A stretch of DNA of 64,000 bases from Octopus sinensis (Eukaryota), in assembly GCF_006345805.1 (NCBI RefSeq), contig NC_043016.1, forward strand, positions 16,926,001 to 16,990,000, read 5' to 3'. Position 1 is the first letter of the stretch, and the number at the start of each line of letters is the position of its first letter. A program made the position numbers and the translations under genes. Below, piece by piece: positions 48,418 to 59,100 of the stretch. A model generated the notes under the pieces. That model had not been told where the DNA came from and searched no databases. It saw only the letters and a list, made by a program, of their open reading frames with translations.

Positions 48418-49130
48418 CATCATCATCATCATCATTTAACGTCCGCTTTCCATGCTAGCATGGGTTGGACGGTTCAACTGGGGTCTGGGGAGCCCGAAGG
48501 CTGCACCAGGCCAGTCAGATCTGGCAGTGTTTCTACAGCTGGATGCCCTTCCTAACGCCAACCACTCCGAGAGTGTAGTGGGTGATTTTATGTGCCACCG
48601 ATACAGGTGCCAGACGAGGCTGGCGAACGGCCACGCTCGGATGGTGTTTTTATGTGCCACCGACACAGGTGCCAGATGAGGCTGGCGAACGGCCATGATC
48701 AGATGGTGTTTGTTACGTGCCCACAGCACGAAGGCCAGTCGATGCGGTACTGGCTATGGCCACGTTCGGATGGTTTTCTTGTGTGCCACCGGCACTGGTA
48801 CCACAAAGATACAAATTCCATTGATGTTCATCTATTTTGATTTGTATCTTTGTGGTACCAGTGCCGGTGGCACACAAGAATACCATCTGAATGTGGCCGT
48901 AGCCAGTACCGCATCGACTGGCCTCCGTGCTGTGGACACGTAACAAACACCATCCAATCGTGGCCGTTCACCAGCCTCATCTGGCACCTGTGTCGGTGGC
49001 ACATAAAAACACCATCCGAAAACCCGGCAAGACTAGTCAGGCCATAACCCGTGGCCCCTACCTGGGACATAGTCAGTCCACCTGTGCATACCTTCCTTCT
49101 TGTGACACTTGTGAAGACCTGTTGAGGCAA
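48418..49130 (-). mobile_element. Rearranged RTE 3' UTR with an internal fold-back
   Basis: Minus-strand tail, about three 62-bp modules, 179-bp inverted arms 48638-48816 and 48840-49018, then a plus-strand copy of the UTR start (compare 18760-18880). Confidence 0.8.
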
Positions 49131-49192
49131 GAGAGAGAGGGGGCTATATGTGGTGTGTATAAGATGTGTGTTGGGATATAGTGTTTGAGAGG

Positions 49193-49412
49193 ACAAGGTG
49201 GCGAACTGGCAGAATCGTTAGCATGCTGGGCAAAATGCTTACCAGTATTTTGTCCATCTTTACATTCTGAGTTCAAATTCCGCCAAGGTCTACTTTGCCT
49301 TTCATTCTTTCGGGGTCAATGAATTAAGTACCAGTTGAACATTGGGGTTGATGTAATCGACCTAGCCCCTCCCCCGAAATTGCTGGCCTTGTGCTAAAAT
49401 CTGAAACCAATA
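49193..49412 (+). mobile_element. SINE (GGTGGTGAGCTGGCAG family)
   Basis: GGTGGCGAACTGGCAGAATCGTTAGC..GAGTTCAAATTCCGCC. Confidence 0.8.
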
Positions 49413-49541
49413 TCTAGAGGGGATTGGAATGTATATAAGATGTGTGCTGGTGTTTAGTGGTGTATATATAGGGACTGTATGTGACTGGAGTGAGAGAGAG
49501 AGAGAAAGAGAGACTTACATGTATGTATATATATATGTATG

Positions 49542-49613
<72 letters not shown>

Positions 49614-49779
49614 GATATAAAGTGGTTGGCATCAGGAAGGGCATCCATCTGTAGACACCAAGCCAAAACAAGCTATGGAACCTGGTGCAACCCTGGCCTT
49701 ACCAGCTCCTGTCAAACCATCCAACCCATTCCAGTATGGAAGCAGTCATTAAATGATGATGATGCTTTATATTACGTAA

Positions 49780-50657
49780 TACATACATATATATATACAT
49801 ACGTATGTACATACATACATACACACACACACACATACATACATACATACATACATACATACACACACATACAGACATACATACACACACATATACATAC
49901 ATAGATACATACATGCAAGCATGCATACATACACACACTCATACATACACACACACATACATACATACATACATGCATGCATGCATACATACATACATAC
50001 ATACATACATGCATGCATACATGCATACATGCATACATACATACATACATACATACATACATACATACATACATGCATACATGCATACGTACATACATAC
50101 ATACATACATACATACATGCATGCATGCATACATACATACATACATACATACATACATACATACATGCATGCATGCATACATGCATACATGCATACATAC
50201 ATACATACATACATACATACATACATACATGCATGCATGCATACATACATACACACACATACATACATACATACATACATACATACATACATGCATGCAT
50301 ACATGCATACATGCATACATACATACATACACACACACATACATACATACATACATACATACATACATACATACATGCATACATACATACATGCATGCAT
50401 ACATGCATACATGCATACATACATACATACATACATACATGCATACATGCATACGTACATACATAATACATACATACATACATACATACATACATACATA
50501 CATACACACACCATACATACATACATACATACATACATACATACATACATACATACATACATGCATACATGCATACATACATACATACACACACACATAC
50601 ATACATACATACATACATACATACATACATACATACATGCATACATGCATACGTACA

Positions 50658-50689
<32 letters not shown>

Positions 50690-50733
50690 CATACATACAT
50701 ACATACATATACATACATACATACATACATATA
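49780..50733. repeat. (ATAC)n microsatellite with ATGC variants
   Basis: About 0.95 kb; opposite orientation to the 41490-43420 tract. Confidence 0.95.
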
Positions 50734-51990
50734 CAGGGGTCTTGCAGATAAACTGAGACCAATTTTAAGCAGTTGACTTAGTGGTTTTAACTTTTCCTGT
50801 TTTGGCAAAACCTTGCTTGCTTAAAAATCTAATTCTCCTCTTTATTTTTCAGATAAATAGGGAACTGATTCAACAACAAAAAGTCATGGAACAACAGAAT
50901 CCTGCTACGGTTGTTTTGGTACACACCAGGCACACTGCCAATAAAATTGCTAAGTTGATGAAACTTCCAAAAGCAACCGTTTATCGTGTGTATAAACAAT
51001 TTAAAGAAGAGGGAAAGATTGATAGAAAAGAACACAAAACTTGAAGTGATCCCAGATGCAATCCAAAGTTTCTCATTGGTCTCAAACACTCAATTTAGGC
51101 CAACCCATCCACATCCATAACAACTCTTGCAAAGAAATGTAATGTGTCCCTTTCCATGGTGTACAGAGCTGTGAACAGGAACCTTAGCATGACTAGCTAT
51201 GTTTGAAGATGCCATCACCTCCTACCAGCCAAGGCCAAAACAACCAGAGCTGAGAGATGCCCAAAGCTTCTGTCAATCAAGTTACAGTAAAAATTCTTGC
51301 TTTTGTGAACAAGAAGAAGTTCACTGTGGACACTGAGGTGAATTGCAGAAATTCTCAAGTGATTGCATACAACCCTTCTGACATCCTCCCTGTGTTTGAG
51401 ACCAAAAATCCTGACACTGTGATGGTATTTGGAGCTGTGGTGAGTGATGGCAGTGTCATGGATCCACATTTTACTGAGTCTGGCTTGAAGATCTGCACAA
51501 AGGAGTATTTGGACATTTTGAAGAACTCTCCGTTACCTTGAGTGAAGCAGAGGTTTGATCGTGACAATGTGGTGCTTATCCAGGATTCTGCACCATGCTG
51601 TGAGTCAAAAGCAACATGGGCCTTCCTTGTTGAAAAGGTGCCATTTTTTGTGAGGGCCAACATCTGGCTCAATAATAGCCCATATCTCAACCTTCTCAAT
51701 TACTTTTCATGGGGCATACTTCAAGCAAGGACCAATGCTTCACCACACTTGAGTGCCAATAGGTTGAAGATCTGAATTGTGTGTGCGACATTCAAAATCA
51801 AAAAGGCAGAGGTTGCGGAAGTTGCAATGTTCTTGTGTGGAGGCAGTATTTGCCCAAAAGGGTGGCCATATTCAATAATAAATGTTTTTGTTGTAATAAG
51901 TATTACATTAAAATTATATCTGTCTACTGCCATTATTTTAGTATTTATGATCAGTTTTATGCACCATAAAAATGTCTCAATTTATCTCTA
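50734..51990 (+). mobile_element. Tc1/mariner DD37D (maT-like) transposon, near full length, degraded
   Basis: TA-CAGGGG terminus; HTH region (IAKLMKLPKATVYRV), VMVFGAV, and QDSAPC-x-NNSPYLNLLNY with 37-residue spacing. Degraded right TIR at 51968-51987. Confidence 0.88.
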
Positions 51991-52681
51991 TCCATCATCC
52001 ATCCATACATACATACATACATGCAAGCATACATATGTTCATGTCTTAAGATGGTACCAATTGCTGGTAACATAATTTTATTGACCATGGAAGGAAGAAA
52101 ATCGAAGTTGAACTTGGAAGAACTCAAATTTAAAATGTAAAGAGATGGAATGAATACTTATTTGACCTCAGGCAGAGGTCAGCTTAACAACCTTGTAGGG
52201 TCTGGGAAATGCAATGCACTGGAACCATATGAAGCATTTATTTATTTATTTGATGGTAAATCACAGCACATAGAGATTAGCATTAAGCCCTTAGGCCTGT
52301 GGCCCCTCCACCCTTTTCACCTGCCTAATGCATCTCTACATTAAGACAATATGTTTAGGCTTGTTAATGTAAAATAAAATAAAGGCTCAGGGATGAAGTT
52401 TACTGTTAAGATTAGTGTTAGGATTAAGATTAGAGTTTAAGCTTAACAGTGAGAGTTAGAAGAAGTATTTATAAGTTATGGTTTTAAAATTACAATTCAA
52501 GTTTATATATTAGGGTTTAAGGTTAGAATGATGGTTAGGCTTTTAACAGTTAAATTTATTAATAGAGAAATAAAATGCATGCCTTTGTTAAGCTTCTCCT
52601 CCTGCAGGAAAAGATGGTGGAAGATTTTTCAAAGCTCTGTCTTTCTGGCCCTTCGGCATGTAAAACACAGGAGAGACTTAC

Positions 52682-52802
52682 AGTCAAAGTTCCAAGATGC
52701 TTGTTCAATCATGAGACGGTCCTTAGCTGAGGTCAGCTCCTGCTTAAGTTCTTCTTGCTTGTTTAAAAGTTCAAGCACTCTTTCACGTCGCTGTTCATAG
52801 AC
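52682..52802 (-). CDS. Internal coding exon of an unnamed gene, coiled-coil (phase 0 to phase 1)
   Basis: Acceptor CTTCTCTTTTTCCTCTCTCTGTACAG and donor GTAAGT; 121 bp: VYEQRRERVLELLNKQEELKQELTSAKDRLMIEQASWNFD plus 1 nt. Confidence 0.85.
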
Positions 52803-52957
52803 CTGTACAGAGAGAGGAAAAAGAGAAGTCAGTGATTGATTGATTGATTGGATGGAGGAGGTGTGGGAGGTGGGAGGTAGATGAGGGAAGAGAGGGGATG
52901 AAGGAGGAGGGTGGGAGAGGGTAAAGGAGATGATGGGGAAGGTGATAGGTAGATAGA

Positions 52958-52989
<32 letters not shown>

Positions 52990-53039
52990 AAGACATACAG
53001 ATACATACAGACACACACACGCACACATACACATATGCA

Positions 53040-53630
53040 TATCTGATCCAATAACTTGATATGTCTGTAATTATTTCTATCTAAGGCGTCACCTTTTACC
53101 TTTGTATCAGTTGACTATGGTGCTGCTACACAAGTCACTGGGTATGACTCCTTCATGTATCACTTGGTTAACTATACAGGTGACTAGACCATAGCTTACA
53201 CCACCAGATATTTTAATCATCTCAGCAGTGATTCCTGATAGGTCAGGAGCTTTCCTTGTCTTCATACTCTTAGTAGCTTTATCTACCAGTGTACTGTTGA
53301 TTCAGATAGCTGATCCCTCAGTTGCATTAACATTTGGCAGACTCTCTTTCTCCCATTCATTCTCTTCATTTAGCAACCTTTCATAGTGGCATCTCCAAGT
53401 CTCCTTCTTTGCAGTAGCATTAAATGTAAATGAACAATCATCCATGCAGACACATTTCTCTCTTATGACATCATGATTCTCTCTCACACAATGTCTTGCA
53501 ATTCGAAACACTTCAAGTCTTTGGTCCTCACGGTGCAGAACATTGGCAAATTTCTTCTTATCTGCTTTCTCTCTAGCTAAGTAAACCTGTCTCCTAGCTT
53601 TCCTCTTGGCAATCTGATACGGTACTACTA
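53040..53630 (-). mobile_element. RTE internal fragment
   Basis: YQIAKRKARRQV..CHYERLLNEENEW..KAPDLSGITAEM..YRHIKLLDQ, homologous to 16819-17380. Confidence 0.85.
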
Positions 53631-53643
53631 CACTTCCAGTCCT

Positions 53644-53678
<35 letters not shown>

Positions 53679-53896
53679 TCAATCAGAATATCAACAAGAT
53701 GATGTGAAAAAATATGATAATAAAACAGATAATTGTGAAAGACTATGAACATGATGTCACCCATTGAAATGTATAGTACTTAACAGCTGATAACTTAATC
53801 TTACAAATAATTAAGGTAACCAGACTAAGCTTAGGAGAAAGTAAATTTAGCCTGAAGTGCAAATTGCAGTTTGAAAACAGATTTGAAGTGGTGCAA

Positions 53897-54217
53897 ACTC
53901 GACCCCGGGACTTATTCTTTTGTAAGCCCTGTACTTATTCTATCGGACTCTTTTGCCGAACCGCTACGTGACGGGGACATAAACACACCAGCATCGGTTG
54001 TCAAGTAATGCTAGGGGGACAACAAACATACACACACATACATATATATATACATATATCTGACAGGCTTCTTTCAGTTTCCGTCTACCAAATCCACTCA
54101 AAAGGCTTTGGTCGGCCCGGGGCTATAGCAGAAGACACTTGCCCAAGATGCCACGCAGTGGGACTGAACCCGAAACCATGTGGTTAGTAAGCAAGCTACT
54201 TACCACACAGCCACTCC
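53897..54217 (-). mobile_element. tRNA-derived SINE ((TAAAAGAG)n family), head plus core
   Basis: Minus strand AGGAGTGGCTGTGTGGTAAG..GGGTTCAGTCCC, then a microsatellite, then the core; the tail is missing. Confidence 0.8.
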
Positions 54218-54234
54218 TGTGCCTATATATGCCA

Positions 54235-54450
54235 AAAATGCATTAAAAATGGGACAAAATGATGGTAATTTTTTTTTTAAATCGTAGACTCATCATAGAC
54301 ACGCGCTAATACCCAGGAGGGCTCGATATGAATCACGACTATAAGATACCCGAATTTGGTTAAACTGCACCGCAAAATGTGGGAGTAGTTAGGAATCTAA
54401 ATCGGAGGAGACAGACACTCACACAACTTCACCTTTATATATATATATAT
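54235..54450. mobile_element. Possible non-autonomous Helitron/HINE-like fragment
   Basis: Ends GACAGACACTCACACAACTTCACCTTTATATATA, resembling such termini; recalled resemblance only. Confidence 0.3.
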
Positions 54451-54696
54451 AAACCTTACCTCAAGTTCATCTTTACGTCGACGATGCATTCTCTCAACAT
54501 CCTCACTGTCGTAGTTACGTATTTCCATTGGCTCTTCTTTAAGTTTTTGAATTTGTCGTGTGTCGACCCAGGCTTTTGATGAAGGACTAGGTGGGATCTG
54601 TTGGCCGTTGGCATCTACCTTTAAGCCACAAAGTGGACTGCCCGATGATGACCTAGCCGGAGCAGAACGACTACGCCGGGACCCTGAAAATATAAT

Positions 54697-56030
54697 AGAT
54701 CTAGTTATGATGTTTTGCCATCACCTACGAATCTAGTAAGATGGAACGTCTTAGAGAATGACGTCTGCAAATGTGGAAAAGTCGGTACACTAAAACATAT
54801 TCTTTCCAACTGTTCATTAGCATTGAACAGGTACACATGGAGGCACAACTTGGTCCTTAAGGTTATCTTCAATGCTATAAAGAACCAAATTCATCTCAAC
54901 AACACCGAGGAAAAATCGTTAAAAGTACCATCAAGAGAGTTCATTACCTTCGTGCGACCAGGTCAGCAGATCCGTTTCAAGAAGAAGATCAAGAAACTTC
55001 CTTAGAAAAATGAAAAGTGGAACGGCTATTGGGAGGTAACTGCAGATTTACCTGGGTGCCAGGTTTTCTTTCCCATCCCAGTTTCGAAAAAACCAGATAA
55101 TTTGATGTCGTGTGAAAGAAAGAAAGTTGTAAATATAGTCGAGCTAACGGTTCCTCACGAAGATAATATGGACGCCGCTCGGGCTCGAAAATTAAACTGT
55201 TATGAAAACCTCCTCGAGGAATGTGAAGACGCAGGCTGGAAAGCGGAACATTTTCCTATCGAAGTCGGATGTAGAGGGTTTGTAGGACACAGCGTGAGAC
55301 GACTGTGGTGTGAAAGAAAGTTGTAAATATAGTCGAGCTAACGGTTCCTCACGAAGATAATATGGACGCTGCTCGGGCTCGAAAATTAAACCGTTGTGAA
55401 AACCTCCTCGAGGAATGTGAAGACGCAGGCTGGAAAGCGGAACATTTTCCTATCGAAGTCGGATGTAGAGGGCTTGTAGGACACAGCGTGAGACGACTGT
55501 GTGTGTGAAAGAAAGAAAGTTGTAAATATAGTCGAGCTAACGGTTCCTCACGAAGATAATATGGACGCTGCTCGGGCTCGAAAATTAAACCGTTATGAAA
55601 ACCTCCTCGAGGAATGTGAAGACGCAGGCTGGAAAGCGGAACATTTTCCTATCGAAGTCGGATGTAGAGGGTTTGTAGGACACAGCGTGAGACGACTGTT
55701 GTTATCGTTAGGCCTAACTCATCTTAAAGTCAATACCACCATGACCGATATCTAATCTACAGTGGAGAAGGCTAGCCACTGGATTTGGTTAAAAAGAGAC
55801 AATGAGCGATGGCTAGAAGGATATTGAGTTTAACTTCATAACCAGCTGATCTAGCAAGCGGGGCCTCATATCAGTGAGGGGGGGCTGGTGCGCATTGATG
55901 CCGTCGAGAGGTAGGCCCCGAAACGGCGCGCATTCTCTCCTGATGACCCCATACACTTGCTAGCTTCCGATATACGGAGCTTTTAACTGGTAGCACTTGC
56001 ATGTGCAAGTTGTTTGCAAGATATCGAGGG
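54697..56030 (+). mobile_element. HERO-like (R2 superfamily) non-LTR element 3' portion, with a CCHC knuckle and a triplicated restriction-like endonuclease segment
   Basis: YDVLPSPTNL..CKCGKVGTLKHILSNC..RYTWRHNLVL, KPD..IVELTVPHE..IEVGCRGF, VEKASHWIWLKR; ORF stop at 55827. The 3' boundary is approximate. Confidence 0.8.
55111..55699 (+). repeat. Three tandem 195-198 bp copies of the endonuclease segment
   Basis: Starts at 55111, 55309 and 55504; near identical. Confidence 0.92.
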
Positions 56031-56154
56031 AAATCTCAACAATCCAAATACAAGAAACCTGTATACTCTGTATTCCTCAAAATCCTCTTTCGCAATTTTG
56101 ACCTATCAGCTGTTTGGTGCCGCCATGATTACTGTCATGATAGTGATAGTGAAG

Positions 56155-59100
56155 ATGTGCCACCAGCACAGGTGCCAGATGAGGCTGGCAAACGGCCATG
56201 TTCAGATGGTGCCTTTTACGTGCCAGCAGCACAGGTGCCAGACAAGGCTGGCAACGGTTGGATGGTACCTTTTACATGCCGCCGGCACAGGTACCAGACG
56301 AGGCTGGCAATGGCCACGATCGGATGGTGCTTTTTACGCGCCGCCAGCACAGGTGCCAGACAAGGCTGGCAACGGTTGGAGGGTGCCTTTTACGTGCCAC
56401 CAGCACAGGTGCCAAATGAGGCTGGTAATGGCAACGGTTGGATGGTGCTTTTTACGTGCTGCCGGCACAGGTGCCAGACAAGGCTGGCAATGGCCACGAT
56501 CGGATGGTGCCTTTTACGTGCCACCAGCACAGGTGCCAGACAAGGCTGGCAACGGTTGGAGGGTGCCTTTTACGTGCCACCAGCACAGGTGCCAGATGAG
56601 GCTGGCAATGGCCACGATCGGATGGTGCTTTTTACGCGCCGCCAGCACAGGTGCCAGACAAGGCTGGCAACGGTTGGATGGTGCCCTTTACGTGCCACCA
56701 GCACAGGTGCCAGATGAGGCTGGCAATGGCCACGATCGGATGGTGCTTTTTACGTGCCGCCGGCACAGGTGCCAGACAAGGCTGGCAATGGCCACGATTG
56801 GATGGTACTTTTTACGTGCCACCAGCAAAGGTGCCAGACAAGGCTGGCAACGGTTGGATGGTGCCTTTTACGTGCCACCAGCACAGGTACCAGACGAGGC
56901 TGGCAATGGCCACGATCGGATGGTGCTTTTTACGCGCCGCCAACACAGGTGCCAGACAAGGCTGGCAACGGTTGGATGGTGCCTTTTACGTGCCACCAGC
57001 ACAGGTGCCAGATGAGGCTGGCAATGGCCACGATGGATGGTGCTTTTTACGCGCCGCAACACAGGTGCCAGACAAGGCTGGCAACGGTTGGATGGTGCCT
57101 TTTACGTGCCACCAGCACAGGTGCCAGACAAGGCTGGCAACGGTCGGATGGTGCTTTTTACGCGCCGCCAACACAGGTGCCAGACAAGGCTGGCAACGGT
57201 TGGATGGTGCCTTTTACGTGCCACCAGCACAGGTGCCAGACAAGGCTGGCAACGGTTGGATGGTGCCTTTTACGTGCCACCAGCACAGGTGCCAGACAAG
57301 GCTGGCAACGGTTGGATGGTGCCTTTTACGTGCCACCAGCACAGGTGCCAGACAAGGCTGGCAACGGTTGGATGGTGCCTTTTACGTGCCACCAGCACAG
57401 GTGCCAGACAAGGCTGGCAACGGTTGGATGGTGCCTTTTACGTGCCGCCAACACAGGTGCCAGACAAGGCTGGCAACGGTTGGATGGTGCCTTTTACGTG
57501 CCACCAGCACAGGTGCCAGACAAGGCTGGCAGCGGTTGGATGGTGCCTTTTACGTGCCACCAGCACAGGTGCCAGACAAGGCTGGCAACGGTTGGATGTG
57601 CCTTTTACGTGCCACCAGCACAGGTGCCAGACAAGGCTGCAACGGTTGGATGGTGCCTTTTACGTGCCACCAGCACAGGTGCCAGACAAGGCTGGCAACG
57701 GTTGGATGGTGCCTTTTACGTGCCACCAGCACAGGTGCCAGACAAGGCTGGCAACGGTTGGATGGTGCTTTTTATGCGCCGCCAACACAGGTGCCAGACA
57801 AGGCTGGCAACGGTTGGATGGTGCCTTTTACGCGACGCCAGCACAGGTGCCAGACAAGGCTGGCAACGGTTGGATGGTGCCTTTTACGTGCCACCAGCAC
57901 AGGTGCCAGACAAGGCTGGCAACGGTTGGATGGTGCTTTTTACGCGCCGCCAACACAGGTGCCAGACAAGGCTGGAAACGGTTGGATGGTGCCTTTTACA
58001 TGCCACCAACACAGGTGCCAGACAAGGCTGGCAACGGTTGGATGGTGCCTTTTACGTGCCACCAACACAGGTGCCAGACAAGGCTGGCAACGGTTGGATG
58101 GTGCCTTTTACGTGCCACCAACACAGGTGCCAGACAAGGCTGGCAACGGTTGGATGGTGCCTTTTACGTGCCACCAGCACAGGTGCCAGACAAGGCTGGC
58201 AACGGTTGGATGGTGCCTTTTACGTGCCACCAGCACAGGTGCCAGACAAGGCTGGCAACGGTTGGATGGTGCTTTTTATGCGCCGCCAACACAGGTGCCA
58301 GACAAGGCTGGCAACGGTTGGATGGTGCCTTTTACGCGACGCCAGCACAGGTGCCAGACAAGGCTGGCAACGGTTGGATGGTGCCTTTTACATGCCGCCG
58401 GCACATGTGCCAGATGAGGCTGGCAACGGTTGGATGGTGCCTTTTACGTGCCACAAGCACAGGTGCCAGACAAGGCTGGCAACGGTTGATGGTGCCTTTT
58501 AGTGCCACCAGCACAGGTGCCAGATGAGGCTGGCAATGGCCACGATCGGATGGTGCCTTTTACGTGCCACCAGCACAGGTGCCAGACAAGGCTGGCAACG
58601 GTGGATGGTGCCTTTTACGTGCCACCAGCACAGGTGCCAGACAAGGCTGGCAACGGTTGGATGGTGCCTTTTAGTGCCACCACCAACAGGTGCCAGACAA
58701 GGCTGGCAACGGTTGGATGGTGCCTTTTACGTGCCACCAGCACAGGTGCCAGACAAGGCTGGCAACGGTTGGATGGTGCCTTTTACGTGCCACCAACACA
58801 GGTGCCAGACAAGGCTGGCAACGGTTGGATGGTGCCTTTTACGTGCCACCAGCACAGGTGCCAGACAAGGCTGGCAACGGTTGGATGGTGCCTTTTACGT
58901 GCCACCAACACAGGTGCCAGACAAGGCTGGCAACGGTTGGATGGTGCCTTTTACGTGCCACCAGCACAGGTGCCAGACAAGGCTGGCAACGGTTGGATGG
59001 TGCCTTTTACGCGACGCCAGCACAGGTGCCAGACAAGGCTGGCAACGGTTGGATGGTGCCTTTTACGTGCCACCAACACAGGTGCCAGACAAGGCTGGCA

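Noticed and set aside
55895-55950. Hammerhead in the HERO-like 3' UTR (GAAAC at 55920, CTGATGA at 55940)
   Set aside because: The motif order would need a type II fold, and I could not form stems I-III or a cleavage triplet.
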